Source of the DNA: a virus
Taxonomy: Duplodnaviria; Caudoviricetes
Length of the DNA: 47,220 nucleotides
Virus record (IMG/VR): IMGVR_UViG_3300049846_000516
Coordinates: 1-47,220 of that record
Strand: one strand, 5' to 3'
The notes below the pieces were generated by a model. The model was not told where the DNA came from. It saw only the letters and a list, made by a program, of their open reading frames with translations, and searched no databases. Made by a program: the position numbers and the translations under genes. Within the stretch, counting starts at the first letter, position 1. Every line of letters starts with the position of its first letter. Positions 6,619 to 15,738 of the stretch are shown here, piece by piece.

Positions 6619-8994
6619 ATGGCAAAGAGAGCCAGACGTCACGAGGTGGAGGACGACGAGCTACTAGGTGGCGCCCCGCCAAAGCGCCAACCGAAGAGGA
6701 AGTTCACGTCGAAACCGACGCCGATAGCTGCGGGTATCCTAGCCCCAGCAAACGCCACCCCGAAGGGCGGTAATGTCATCGCCCTTCATCAACCAACCAA
6801 GAAAACCAGGTTCGACTTCGAAAGCCAGACGGAGTATGAGATCTACCTGGAACTGCAGCGCATCAACAAGGAGGAACTGGAGCGGCAACTCCAGCACATG
6901 CGGGAGCTACGAGATGTTGGCCTGGTGGAGGTGACTCCGCCATCGGAACTACCCGAGCCATCAGCCTCGGCAAGCGCCGTAGTCAAGGATGAAAGCGCAG
7001 AACTCGCCGCATACCTAGCCCATCATAACCCGATGGGTGCAACCCGTAAGATCCACACGATCGAGGGCACAGTCGTACTCGATGACGGCACGGTGCTGAA
7101 GGTGAACAAGAGGCAGGACTTCTTGGATCCCGATGAACCGTACGTACCTTACGGTGGGTTCGAGGCCGATGGCCAAGTGTTTTGGCTGAGCGATGATCGC
7201 AAGCGTGATCGGAAGCAGGCCGAGCATTTCACTCGTCGATCCCAGAACTGCAGGCAGGAGCTGGGCAAGACGACCAAGACGGCGTATCTGAACGTAGCGA
7301 CGGTGCAAGAGTACCGCCCTGTGCCGGATGTGCTGTGGTTTGTCAACCATCCGGACGGCAAGAGCCGTCTGAGGGGAGACCTGAATCCGTACCCTCCGGG
7401 TCTCGTACCCGTAGGCGACGAGCTTGCCTCGTACATCCAGGATAAGAAGGAGCACGCTGCCAAGGTGGTAGCGTTCGAGAACTTCAACGTATGGTCCAAG
7501 CGGACCTGCGACAACATGCTCCGTGCTGCGGTAGATCCGCAAGAGGTGCGTGACTGGGTGTGCCGGAACATGCAAGCTCATGATTGGCGAGATCAAGCCA
7601 TCATGCAGGGACGGATCACAGGCAAGTGGGACGATCTACCATGGTCATATGCTGATGAGCTGCCCAAGGCGGCGGCGAATGACAGCGACCAGGTGTCCCC
7701 GGTCCAGCGTGGTGACCCCACAAGCGAGACCACTCCCGTGCTGCTACTACCAGCGCCCGCTCCGAAGGGCCAACTCGGTACCAGTCTGAAGCATATCGGC
7801 AGGCCGGATGCATTCGATTGGAAGTGGCCGAGCGCCAAGCAGGAGGAGGCAGACGATCTGCCGGAGCGCGAAGATACGGTGATCGTGGCCAGTGATGGCT
7901 TCGCTATCAGGGTAGGAGAGATCCATCCTGAACACCGTGAGCAGGTAGCTGAAGCTGTCTCTCGCATGCAACCTCGAGTCGTGCAGCACATGACAGAGGG
8001 CGAGGACATCGTAACACGTCTGAGCCTGGACCTCACAGACAGGCGTGCTGCTGCCACCCTGCGGATCTTGGAACGCCGGATCCGAGGGGACATTCAAGAG
8101 ATGTACGGACATCTCGAGAAGATCGTAGAGGCGCGGCTATTGGCCGAGGCTTACCAGAAGACTGGCGAGTTCAAGGTCGAGAACCGCAGTGAGTTCCTGG
8201 ATCAAGCTGGCGAGGGTGAAGTCATCACGCCGGTGCGATACCGCAAGCCTGCGCTCCTTGCGCAGTACTGGGCAGCGCCGAAGACGGCGAAGCCTCGGTT
8301 CAAGTCGATGATCGAGACGTCTGAGATACTCCAGATGGAGCGGGATGACCAACGGCATCGAGAACGGAAAGCCATGAAGCTCTGGCTAGCTGACCGTTCC
8401 AGGGTCAGGGCAGTAGAGCGGAAGGCTATCGCTCAGATGGGTGCACGTATCCGATTGCGTCGGAAGGCGGGCACTCTCGAAGTACTGGAGTCGAGGAGTT
8501 ACATCCTCAAGAAGCATGTCGAGGAGATGGAGCGGCTGGAGTCGCACCTCAACCAACAGCGTGCGATGCTCCCGCAAGAGCGGGTGTTCCTCCAGGACTT
8601 GGCTGCCGCTCAGTCTCCGCACACAGTGCGTGTGATGATGTGGCACCTCTCTCAATTCAACCGGCGGACGCTTGGCAAGGTCAAGCACGCCATGAAACTG
8701 GGCAAGAAAGAGCGGAAGACAGGAGTCTCTGCCCCCAGTACGGAGCCCGAGCGGCCCGTCAATGAGCCGGTAGTTACCATGCTCCCGGCCCGCACACCCC
8801 CATGCGATCAGGTGAAGGAACCTGAAAGCTCGCTGATACTCGTGCCCAAGGTGGAGGTGTACCAGTTCGAAGGGGACCCGCTTATCCAGTCAGTACGCCG
8901 GGCATACATCCAGCGGATGCGTGCCAGTGGGCAGTGGAAGGCGGAGGAGATCGATCTTGCTGACAAGAAGGTCTTCAGCAAGATGGTAGCGTAG
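6619..8994 (+). CDS. Large hypothetical protein (791 aa)
   Basis: GGAGGT RBS; long charged ORF; no catalytic motif recognised. Confidence 0.85.
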   Translation: MAKRARRHEVEDDELLGGAPPKRQPKRKFTSKPTPIAAGILAPANATPKGGNVIALHQPTKKTRFDFESQTEYEIYLELQRINKEELERQLQHMRELRDVGLVEVTPPSELPEPSASASAVVKDESAELAAYLAHHNPMGATRKIHTIEGTVVLDDGTVLKVNKRQDFLDPDEPYVPYGGFEADGQVFWLSDDRKRDRKQAEHFTRRSQNCRQELGKTTKTAYLNVATVQEYRPVPDVLWFVNHPDGKSRLRGDLNPYPPGLVPVGDELASYIQDKKEHAAKVVAFENFNVWSKRTCDNMLRAAVDPQEVRDWVCRNMQAHDWRDQAIMQGRITGKWDDLPWSYADELPKAAANDSDQVSPVQRGDPTSETTPVLLLPAPAPKGQLGTSLKHIGRPDAFDWKWPSAKQEEADDLPEREDTVIVASDGFAIRVGEIHPEHREQVAEAVSRMQPRVVQHMTEGEDIVTRLSLDLTDRRAAATLRILERRIRGDIQEMYGHLEKIVEARLLAEAYQKTGEFKVENRSEFLDQAGEGEVITPVRYRKPALLAQYWAAPKTAKPRFKSMIETSEILQMERDDQRHRERKAMKLWLADRSRVRAVERKAIAQMGARIRLRRKAGTLEVLESRSYILKKHVEEMERLESHLNQQRAMLPQERVFLQDLAAAQSPHTVRVMMWHLSQFNRRTLGKVKHAMKLGKKERKTGVSAPSTEPERPVNEPVVTMLPARTPPCDQVKEPESSLILVPKVEVYQFEGDPLIQSVRRAYIQRMRASGQWKAEEIDLADKKVFSKMVA

Positions 8995-9199
8995 TGCTAG
9001 TGGGCCGTGTGAATAGCGGCCCACTACTCAGTGCAAATCTGAGGAACGTAGTCACAATCTCTCAGTGAAATTCTGAGTGCGAACACCGTGTGCTAGTACC
9101 TCTCCTATATTCTAGGCTGGCCAGCGTAAAGGGGACTTCACCCGTACTAGTACATGCAACTCGGTTGCGAGTACATCGTTAACCACAGAGGAGAAAGCC

Positions 9200-9778
9200 A
9201 TGCCCGGATCGTCGAGGCAGTACACGTACCGGCTTCGTGCGAGGCCGGGCGAGGACAAGAAGTATCGAATCGTGATCCAACGTCGAGTCTTCCTGTTCTT
9301 CTGGAAGGACTGGTACCCAGTGGAGAATGCAGTGCGCTCCTTGCAGAAGGAGTACATCGACCACTTCAATCGGATGCAAGACATCATCTCCGAACTGAAA
9401 GAGGCGGAAGCCTGGGTCGAGCAGAACTTCGCGTTCCTGAACCTTGAGAACAAGCGAGAAGGTACCTCTGCCCCCTTCAAAGGGGATGCTCAGCCGTACG
9501 AATCTCTGATGCCAGACCACTCGAAAGAGTTCAAAGAGATTCGAGAGGGCTTCCCGCAAAGCCAGGGGCGTAACCGTCCCGGAGCGGGCAGCAGGTCCGT
9601 GTACCTCGGAACGACATCCAAGCGTTTCGATCTTTCCTCCCTCAACAGGGAGAACTTTGCAGCGGAGTTCGGAGCGGACCACGTGTTGGATTACCGCCCG
9701 CCGCAGCAGGATCAGTCTCGCAACAAGGGACAGAACAAGGGACAGAACCAGAACAACCGGAACCAGGACAAGGAATAG
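9200..9778 (+). CDS. Hypothetical protein (192 aa) with N/Q-rich tail
   Basis: AGGAGA RBS; C-terminal NKGQNKGQNQNN. Confidence 0.8.
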   Translation: MPGSSRQYTYRLRARPGEDKKYRIVIQRRVFLFFWKDWYPVENAVRSLQKEYIDHFNRMQDIISELKEAEAWVEQNFAFLNLENKREGTSAPFKGDAQPYESLMPDHSKEFKEIREGFPQSQGRNRPGAGSRSVYLGTTSKRFDLSSLNRENFAAEFGADHVLDYRPPQQDQSRNKGQNKGQNQNNRNQDKE

Positions 9779-9854
9779 TCGACAGCTTCAGCCCATTCAA
9801 TGCCATCGAGTGGGCTGGCTGGTGTCGACTTGGCACCGCTAGTATGGAGGTTAT

Positions 9855-9947
9855 GTGAAGACCAAGCGTAAGCTCACCCGCCACGAGAAGCGTTCCCTTC
9901 TTCGACGGGTGGAGAAGAAGCTCAAGCGTGGCCGGAGGTGGACATGA
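9855..9947 (+). CDS. Very basic micro-protein (30 aa)
   Basis: Not in track. GTG start after GGAGGT; MKTKRKLTRHEKRSLLRRVEKKLKRGRRWT; ATGA overlap with the next gene. Confidence 0.55.
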   Translation: MKTKRKLTRHEKRSLLRRVEKKLKRGRRWT

Positions 9948-10540
9948 AGATCAGTTCGGTCCTCACCCTCGGCCTGCTTCCACTGTGGCGCATGATGTCT
10001 GGCGGGACCTTGGAGGATCCTCGCTTGACGTTCGCGGTGTACTACTCCTTCGAGCACTGGGGCGCGCCGCCGAAGGAGAAGATCGAGAAGGCGTTCACCA
10101 GAACGCTTAGCCCGGAGAAGGCGAAGCTGAACTACGAGCGCTTTCTTGGCGGCGATACGCTACTTCTCAGCTCCGAGAAGGAAGCTGAGAAGATCGTGGC
10201 CGCACTCGAGAAGAGCGGGATCGAGTTCCACTTCACGGAGGTAGGCGAAGGGTTCGCCTGGATCTATTCCCAGAAGTGGGGGTGGGTCGCGGTTGAAAAA
10301 TACAACTACTGCAACTCGTGCGGCGACAAGCCAGCACGACTGCGACACCGTGGCCATCTCGTGGTCTGCAGCAGGTGCGATAGTGACGATGTCATTTTCG
10401 CGAAGAGTCTACCAGTGAAGGAGTTCATCAAGCATGTCGACAACTTCGACTCGCTCCCGTCAAGGGGCAAGGCGTCGTCGCGCGCATGGGAAGGCGGCAA
10501 CACAGTCACCTACTCATCGCTCGACGACTTCGACGACTGA
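9944..10540 (+). CDS. Hypothetical protein with CxxC...CxxC zinc ribbon
   Basis: CNSC...CSRC; GGAGGT RBS before ATG 9944. Confidence 0.75.
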   Translation: MKISSVLTLGLLPLWRMMSGGTLEDPRLTFAVYYSFEHWGAPPKEKIEKAFTRTLSPEKAKLNYERFLGGDTLLLSSEKEAEKIVAALEKSGIEFHFTEVGEGFAWIYSQKWGWVAVEKYNYCNSCGDKPARLRHRGHLVVCSRCDSDDVIFAKSLPVKEFIKHVDNFDSLPSRGKASSRAWEGGNTVTYSSLDDFDD

Positions 10541-10583
10541 GGCAATTCCGCCTCAACAACCTGCATCGCAAGGAGGTGCAACC

Positions 10584-11054
10584 ATGACCCAGGGTATCCA
10601 GAAGACCGAGAAGAACCATCGCCATCTGGCGATCGCGATCATCGTCTGCCTGCTCGGCGCCGGCAGCTTCCTGTACTGGAAGCAGGCGCACGCTGCGGAG
10701 CCGGCGTCCGAACCGGCAGCTGTCGAGGAGGTTGCTCCGGCAACCGAGCCGGCACCCGCTGCCGATGAGTCCTCGACGGCGGGCCGTGTCAGCCGTGCCT
10801 TCGGCTATCTGTTCAGCGGCGACGCTTCGAACATCGTGGCCGAGGTGAACGAGGATCTCGAGCAGCGGCAGAAGGCGGCCGACGAGCGGGATGCGCAGCT
10901 GACCGAGCGGGAAGCCGCCCTCAGCAAGGCGGAGACGGATGTCAGCCAGAAGCGGGACGAGGTGCTGCGGCGCATCGACGAGGTGAACGCTCAGCGGGAG
11001 GCGCTCACGGCCTGCGTGCTGAAAGCCATCGGAGGTGAAGAACATGCGGAGTAA
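10584..11054 (+). CDS. Membrane-anchored or exported coiled-coil protein (156 aa)
   Basis: AAGGAGGT RBS; N-terminal hydrophobic helix then AHA-A; C-terminal heptads. Confidence 0.8.
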   Translation: MTQGIQKTEKNHRHLAIAIIVCLLGAGSFLYWKQAHAAEPASEPAAVEEVAPATEPAPAADESSTAGRVSRAFGYLFSGDASNIVAEVNEDLEQRQKAADERDAQLTEREAALSKAETDVSQKRDEVLRRIDEVNAQREALTACVLKAIGGEEHAE

Positions 11055-11343
11055 GATGACGCAGCTCGCCCTGCTCGGCGGCGGGTTCCTTCTGCTTCTC
11101 AGCGCGCTGGCCATGCCGACCCCCATGCTGGCCAGCATCGTTCAGCTCGTGATCGTTGTCACGATCTCCTGGTATGCGTACCAGTGGTTCGGCGACGACA
11201 TCGCGAAGTTCATCAACGAGTGGAACGGAGTGCACAATGTCCAGCAAGAGCGGCCGGCCGAGTATGCCGGAGAACCGGGAGTACCGGAGTACCGAGAGGT
11301 CGACATCCGGAAGCCCGAGTCCGACGGCAAGACCGAGGGTTAA
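11044..11343 (+). CDS. Two-TM membrane protein (99 aa)
   Basis: GGAGGT RBS; two hydrophobic segments. Confidence 0.7.
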   Translation: MRSKMTQLALLGGGFLLLLSALAMPTPMLASIVQLVIVVTISWYAYQWFGDDIAKFINEWNGVHNVQQERPAEYAGEPGVPEYREVDIRKPESDGKTEG

Positions 11344-11530
11344 CGGCATCCTGCGGGGTGTCGCTCAGCTCTCAGTCGCCTTCATGATGGGGGTGATTGC
11401 CATCCTCGTCATCGGCGACACGGTCGGGATCAAGACCGTAGCTGACTGGGTTCAGAACGTGGCTGTAACGGCCACGATGATACTCGGTGCGGTTACGCTA
11501 CTGATCCTCCAGGTGTTCGATACGGTGTAG
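11237..11530 (+). CDS. Two-TM membrane protein, start uncertain
   Basis: ATG 11237 after GGAG; two C-terminal hydrophobic segments; overlaps the previous gene by about 107 nt. Confidence 0.5.
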   Translation: MSSKSGRPSMPENREYRSTERSTSGSPSPTARPRVNGILRGVAQLSVAFMMGVIAILVIGDTVGIKTVADWVQNVAVTATMILGAVTLLILQVFDTV

Positions 11531-11612
11531 TTGGTACACCGTCAGTGCACCTTCCCTGCCCATTCTCTGAGTGGGCAGTGGGGGCAGCATTGCCCGTAAC
11601 ACTGGAGGAATC

Positions 11613-11849
11613 GTGAGCGTCTGGTATTATTTGATTCTGATTCTGTCGGTGGATGGGACTCCGATGCTGTACTTCGAGCATCAGGTCCCCTTCAGGAACC
11701 TGAACGCTTGCTATGAGAACGGCGAGTACGAGGCAACCAAGCACCAGGAAGAGGTAGGCGGCGAGTACGTCATCTCGTACATGTGCTTGGACAAGCGCTC
11801 CGTGCAGCAACTCGAAGCGAGCCTGAACGAACGCGGCACAACGATGTAG
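11613..11849 (+). CDS. Hypothetical protein (78 aa)
   Basis: GTG start after GGAGGA. Confidence 0.7.
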   Translation: MSVWYYLILILSVDGTPMLYFEHQVPFRNLNACYENGEYEATKHQEEVGGEYVISYMCLDKRSVQQLEASLNERGTTM

Positions 11850-11857
11850 GAGGTGCG

Positions 11858-12043
11858 ATGGAATTCACGTGGTTGCTGATGCTTAGCGGGTTAGTAGTTA
11901 TCCCAGTCGTAGCGGTCAGCGAGCAAGACCACGTAGAGGGGAGCCCTGCCCCGAGAAGCAGGCGGATAGGTACCGACCGCATAGGAGATGCGTGTGGCGG
12001 CGCATCGGCGGAGCCTGGTGGTATCCTGTTCGGTCCCTTCTAA
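11858..12043 (+). CDS. Hypothetical protein (61 aa), hydrophobic N-terminus
   Basis: AGGAGGT RBS. Confidence 0.55.
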   Translation: MEFTWLLMLSGLVVIPVVAVSEQDHVEGSPAPRSRRIGTDRIGDACGGASAEPGGILFGPF

Positions 12044-12044
12044 T

Positions 12045-12600
12045 CGAGTCGAGTCCAAGACAGGTAGCGTACATCAGTAGGTTCGAATCCTACACCGTGA
12101 GGTTGGTCCCGTGTACGTGTTCCTATGCAGGTTCGAATCCTGTCCGGCTTGTCGGCCGGTGGTGGAATGGGCATACACATCTTGAGACAAGCGCAGCATA
12201 CAGGTTGCCTAAAGCCCCTCATGCTGTGACTAAAGACTCGTTAATAAACGTGGTTCGTTGTTCGTTCTAATCGGTATCGGTTCAACTCCGACATGCATGG
12301 TGGCACTGGCCCCCCGCTGCATGGTATGTGTGAGTACGCACGGTAAGACAATGCCAACGGTAGCTTGCTATCTCACGGGATACTGCTGATGTTCAGCGCA
12401 TATAGACGAGGGACAACCGCGAAAGCGAGGTATGGGTGCAAGCCCCATTGTTCTTTGATGCAAGCGTTCCATCCTTCTATAAAGAATGGAGGGTGGGTGG
12501 TGCGCATATGGGTTCAACTCCCTGAGCGGTGCAAGGGACAAACAGGTCTGCGCAAACGGAATAGCTCGCCGTAAAGATAGTGCCCAGGCTGGGGTGAAGC
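12045..12600 (+). ncRNA. tRNA-like structured RNA region with five T-arm hairpins; no canonical tRNA
   Basis: T-arm-like hairpins at 12077, 12127, 12277, 12432, 12510; Leu/Ser-type D-arm at 12162. Confidence 0.6.
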
Positions 12601-12735
12601 AGCTCCCTTATTGTACGTCGAGGGTTAAGATGCGTACACAATGCCAATAACAATTGGCTGTATGGTATGCCTCCCTAATGCCACATTGTGTGGTATGCCA
12701 TGCAGCTCTGATGTCTCTCTCAACTGGAGAACATC

Positions 12736-13041
12736 ATGTGGAAGTTTGTTGGTGACTTCCTTTGGGCAACATGCATCGACATCGCCAAGAGCCTTGGTCT
12801 TCTGGCATTGGCGATCTTGTTGCTCTTCACGCTAGCCTTCGCATCGCTCAAGGCGACACAAGGCGGCGCCCCTATGGACCACTACCGGGTGTACCCGGAG
12901 GCTACGACGCCTGGTCCCCATCGGCCTAACAGGGTCGGCTTCATGTACGCACCTCACGGTTCATTCACCGATGAGGGGTCGGTGCGCCCGGAGTACGGAG
13001 CTACCCTGACGAGCAATCGAGGGCCGCATCTCCGATTATAA
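12736..13041 (+). CDS. Membrane-anchored hypothetical protein
   Basis: 101 aa, GGAGA RBS, one TM. Confidence 0.7.
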   Translation: MWKFVGDFLWATCIDIAKSLGLLALAILLLFTLAFASLKATQGGAPMDHYRVYPEATTPGPHRPNRVGFMYAPHGSFTDEGSVRPEYGATLTSNRGPHLRL

Positions 13042-13057
13042 GAATAAGGAGGGCAGT

Positions 13058-13219
13058 ATGAATCAAGCTGCCATGAACGAGCTGCAGAAACTTCGGGTTC
13101 AGCATCACTCTCTTGGGTTGATGATCGGTGAACTCGAGACCGTCGTGTCCACGATGGACGGCCTGGATCTGATTAACGCCATCGACCAGATCTCGGCTCG
13201 GTACGGTACAGCAGCGTAA
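13058..13219 (+). CDS. Hypothetical protein (53 aa)
   Basis: Not in track. AAGGAGG RBS; MNQAAMNELQKLRVQHH... Confidence 0.7.
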   Translation: MNQAAMNELQKLRVQHHSLGLMIGELETVVSTMDGLDLINAIDQISARYGTAA

Positions 13220-13272
13220 CAGCCGACCGTAGTAATGCCAGTACTCTGCGGTCGTTCACCCATGGAGGAATC

Positions 13273-13467
13273 ATGAGCCTACTGCTCTACATGGGAGTGC
13301 CTCCCTCCCTGATGGTCCCGTTGATGATGTGGACCGAACAACTGAAGATCCTGAAGCTGCTGATTGCCGTGCAGTACCTCCAAGCCATTGCACGGCAGCA
13401 GCATATGGGTCTTCCCCCTGGTGAACAGTATCGTCAGCACCTCAAGGCTGGCGGTTACCGACCGTAA
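13273..13467 (+). CDS. Hypothetical protein
   Basis: 64 aa, GGAGG RBS. Confidence 0.65.
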   Translation: MSLLLYMGVPPSLMVPLMMWTEQLKILKLLIAVQYLQAIARQQHMGLPPGEQYRQHLKAGGYRP

Positions 13468-13479
13468 AAGGAGGCAGCC

Positions 13480-13692
13480 ATGAAGAAGTGGCTTCCAATT
13501 GCGGGCGCGTGGGTCGCATCGGACTGGTTCTCGCTGCTCCAACTGGGGTGGCTGAAGGGCCAGTGGCCGGCGATGTATGACGGAGTGATGAACTTCGTCA
13601 TGCCGATCTCGATGGGGATCCACACGTTCGTCGTGGCTACGTGGAACGTGACCAAGGACTTGGTCCTGGACATCGCAGCCAACACGAGCTAG
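13480..13692 (+). CDS. Hydrophobic hypothetical protein
   Basis: 70 aa, AAGGAGG RBS. Confidence 0.7.
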   Translation: MKKWLPIAGAWVASDWFSLLQLGWLKGQWPAMYDGVMNFVMPISMGIHTFVVATWNVTKDLVLDIAANTS

Positions 13693-13718
13693 CGGCGTGA
13701 GCCGCAAGGAGGTCGGAT

Positions 13719-13877
13719 ATGTACGACCCTTGCATCCCTGAAGCCATCTCCGGATACGAGCATATGGTGAGGACTCACAAGCGTGAGCTGCTCCACTCGA
13801 AGCTGGACTGGCAGATCGTGACTGTCGGCGGGACCGAACAACTCGTGCCCGTCTTCATTCTCGACTTCAAGTTCTGA
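13719..13877 (+). CDS. Hypothetical protein (52 aa)
   Basis: Not in track. AAGGAGGT RBS; MYDPCIPEAISG... Confidence 0.65.
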   Translation: MYDPCIPEAISGYEHMVRTHKRELLHSKLDWQIVTVGGTEQLVPVFILDFKF

Positions 13878-14001
13878 TGTCTGGTTAGTTCGGTTGCTTG
13901 TTGGTCTGCTGCCCCTGAAAAGGTTGTTGGTCTGCTGGTGACTGGAACTTGAAACTCCAGTACTGGAACTGTAGCTAGGATCTGAAGGTCTAACCCTTTC
14001 C

Positions 14002-15738
14002 ATGGGCGACATGATGATTCAAGCTATGCAATTACCGAAAGGTAGATTCTTCCAACATATCGCATGTACTAGTCCGACATGCCAAAGCTCGGACGGGATG
14101 GCTGTGTACAAGCAGCCTGATGGTACGTACGATGCAACATGCTTCGTGTGCGGGTACTACGACGCTGATCCCTTCGCTAACAATAGCGCTCCAACAGATA
14201 GCGCAGGCGCTGGGTATAGACCACAAAGCCAGGTGGTCAGTTCCCTGTCAGTGGATCAGATCACGGCGTGCCCCACACGAGGTATCCCCTCCCGAGACAT
14301 AAGTCAAGCCACAGCCACCAAGTACGGTGTGCGTACCCTCCTCAACGGGCTTGATGGACAAACCCCAGTAGCTATTGCTTTCCCGTATTATAATATATAT
14401 AATAATATTATAGGATACAAGAAGAGATTACTAGAAGACAAAATCTTTAACACTATAGGTGATTGTTCCCTAGACAATATTCTTTTGTTTGGGCAACAGT
14501 TATATCTTGCAGGTGGTAAAAGATTATATATCACTGAAGGTGAGATAGATTGCCTTTCTCTGTATCAAGTACTAAAGGACCTATCTTCCCCTGAGTGGAA
14601 ACACATAGACCCTTGTGTTGTGTCCCTTCCTCACGGCAGTAAGTCTGCCGCTTCCTCACTGGGCTCGCCCCAGGTCCGTCCGTTCCTGGACAAGTTCGAA
14701 GAAATCGTTCTCGTGTTCGATCAAGATGATGCAGGCAGGGAGGCTGTCTCCTCTGTCTGCGCATTCCTCCCGCCCCAGAAGATCCGTGTCGCTTCCTTCT
14801 CTGAGAAGGACGCTAATGACATGCTCAAGAAGGGCAAGGCCCAGGAGCTCAAGTGGGCCGTTCTGACGAACGCTAAGGCGTACCAACCCGAAGGTATTAC
14901 TACCTCAAAAGAACTGCTCACAGAGGCTCTCAGGAAGCCTGAGACAGGGGCTGAATGGCCCTGGCCCTCCCTCACTAAACTAACCTATGGCCGACACCCC
15001 GGATTGTACTGCGTAGGCGCAGGTGTAGGCATAGGCAAGACGGAGTTTTTCCATGAGCTTGCACACCATATCGTTTCAGAAGAAAAGAAACCGGTTGGCG
15101 TCTTTCTTCTCGAAGAAGCCCCACATCGCACTATTAAGATACTTGGTGGTAAGTCTCTTAATGTTCCCGTTCATCGCCCAGACGCCAGCTATAACGAAGA
15201 TAGTTTACGGAGCGCAATTTGTAGCTTTGCCGGCGATAGAGAACTCCTGTATATTTTTGATCACAAAGGATCGCGAGACTGGGAATCTATTTACAGTCAA
15301 TGTAAATACATTGCCGCAGTGCACGGCGTCCGAGATATTATCATCGACCCTCTTACGGCAATTATCAGTCATGAAGAAAACACTGACCGAGCCCTCCACA
15401 AACTGATGGACGATATGTCTCGTCTAGCTCAGTCCCCGTATAACTGCACCGTGTACTTCTCCTCTCACTTGAATGAGCCCCCTCGAGACCGTCGCCCCCA
15501 CGAGGAAGGCGGGAGAGTACACGAGTCGCAGTTCGCAGGCTCCCGTGCAATGATCCGCTTCAGTAACTACGTGATAGGACTGGAGCGTGACAAGCAGGCA
15601 GTCGATCCTCTAGAACGTAACACAACCACAGTACGCATACTTAAAGATCGTGACTTCGGTACAGCATCAGGTGAAACTTTTGAGATCTTCTACGATCAAA
15701 CCACTGGCCGATACCTTGAACAGAACAAGGAGTTCTAA
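14002..15738 (+). CDS. DNA primase-helicase (T7 gp4-like)
   Basis: Zn finger C..C/CFVC, TOPRIM ITEGEID and FDQD, SF4 helicase Walker A GAGVGIGKT, IIIDPL, KDRDFG. Exact start among several Met codons uncertain. Confidence 0.95.
   Translation: MGDMMIQAMQLPKGRFFQHIACTSPTCQSSDGMAVYKQPDGTYDATCFVCGYYDADPFANNSAPTDSAGAGYRPQSQVVSSLSVDQITACPTRGIPSRDISQATATKYGVRTLLNGLDGQTPVAIAFPYYNIYNNIIGYKKRLLEDKIFNTIGDCSLDNILLFGQQLYLAGGKRLYITEGEIDCLSLYQVLKDLSSPEWKHIDPCVVSLPHGSKSAASSLGSPQVRPFLDKFEEIVLVFDQDDAGREAVSSVCAFLPPQKIRVASFSEKDANDMLKKGKAQELKWAVLTNAKAYQPEGITTSKELLTEALRKPETGAEWPWPSLTKLTYGRHPGLYCVGAGVGIGKTEFFHELAHHIVSEEKKPVGVFLLEEAPHRTIKILGGKSLNVPVHRPDASYNEDSLRSAICSFAGDRELLYIFDHKGSRDWESIYSQCKYIAAVHGVRDIIIDPLTAIISHEENTDRALHKLMDDMSRLAQSPYNCTVYFSSHLNEPPRDRRPHEEGGRVHESQFAGSRAMIRFSNYVIGLERDKQAVDPLERNTTTVRILKDRDFGTASGETFEIFYDQTTGRYLEQNKEF
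14375..14403 (+). promoter_or_regulatory. Internal sigma70-type promoter within the primase gene
   Basis: TTGCTT-17 nt-TATAAT in an anomalous AT-rich patch. Confidence 0.55.

Noticed and set aside
12045-12311. Canonical tRNA genes
   Set aside because: T-arms and one D-arm are present, but no proper anticodon arm, spacing or CCA end.
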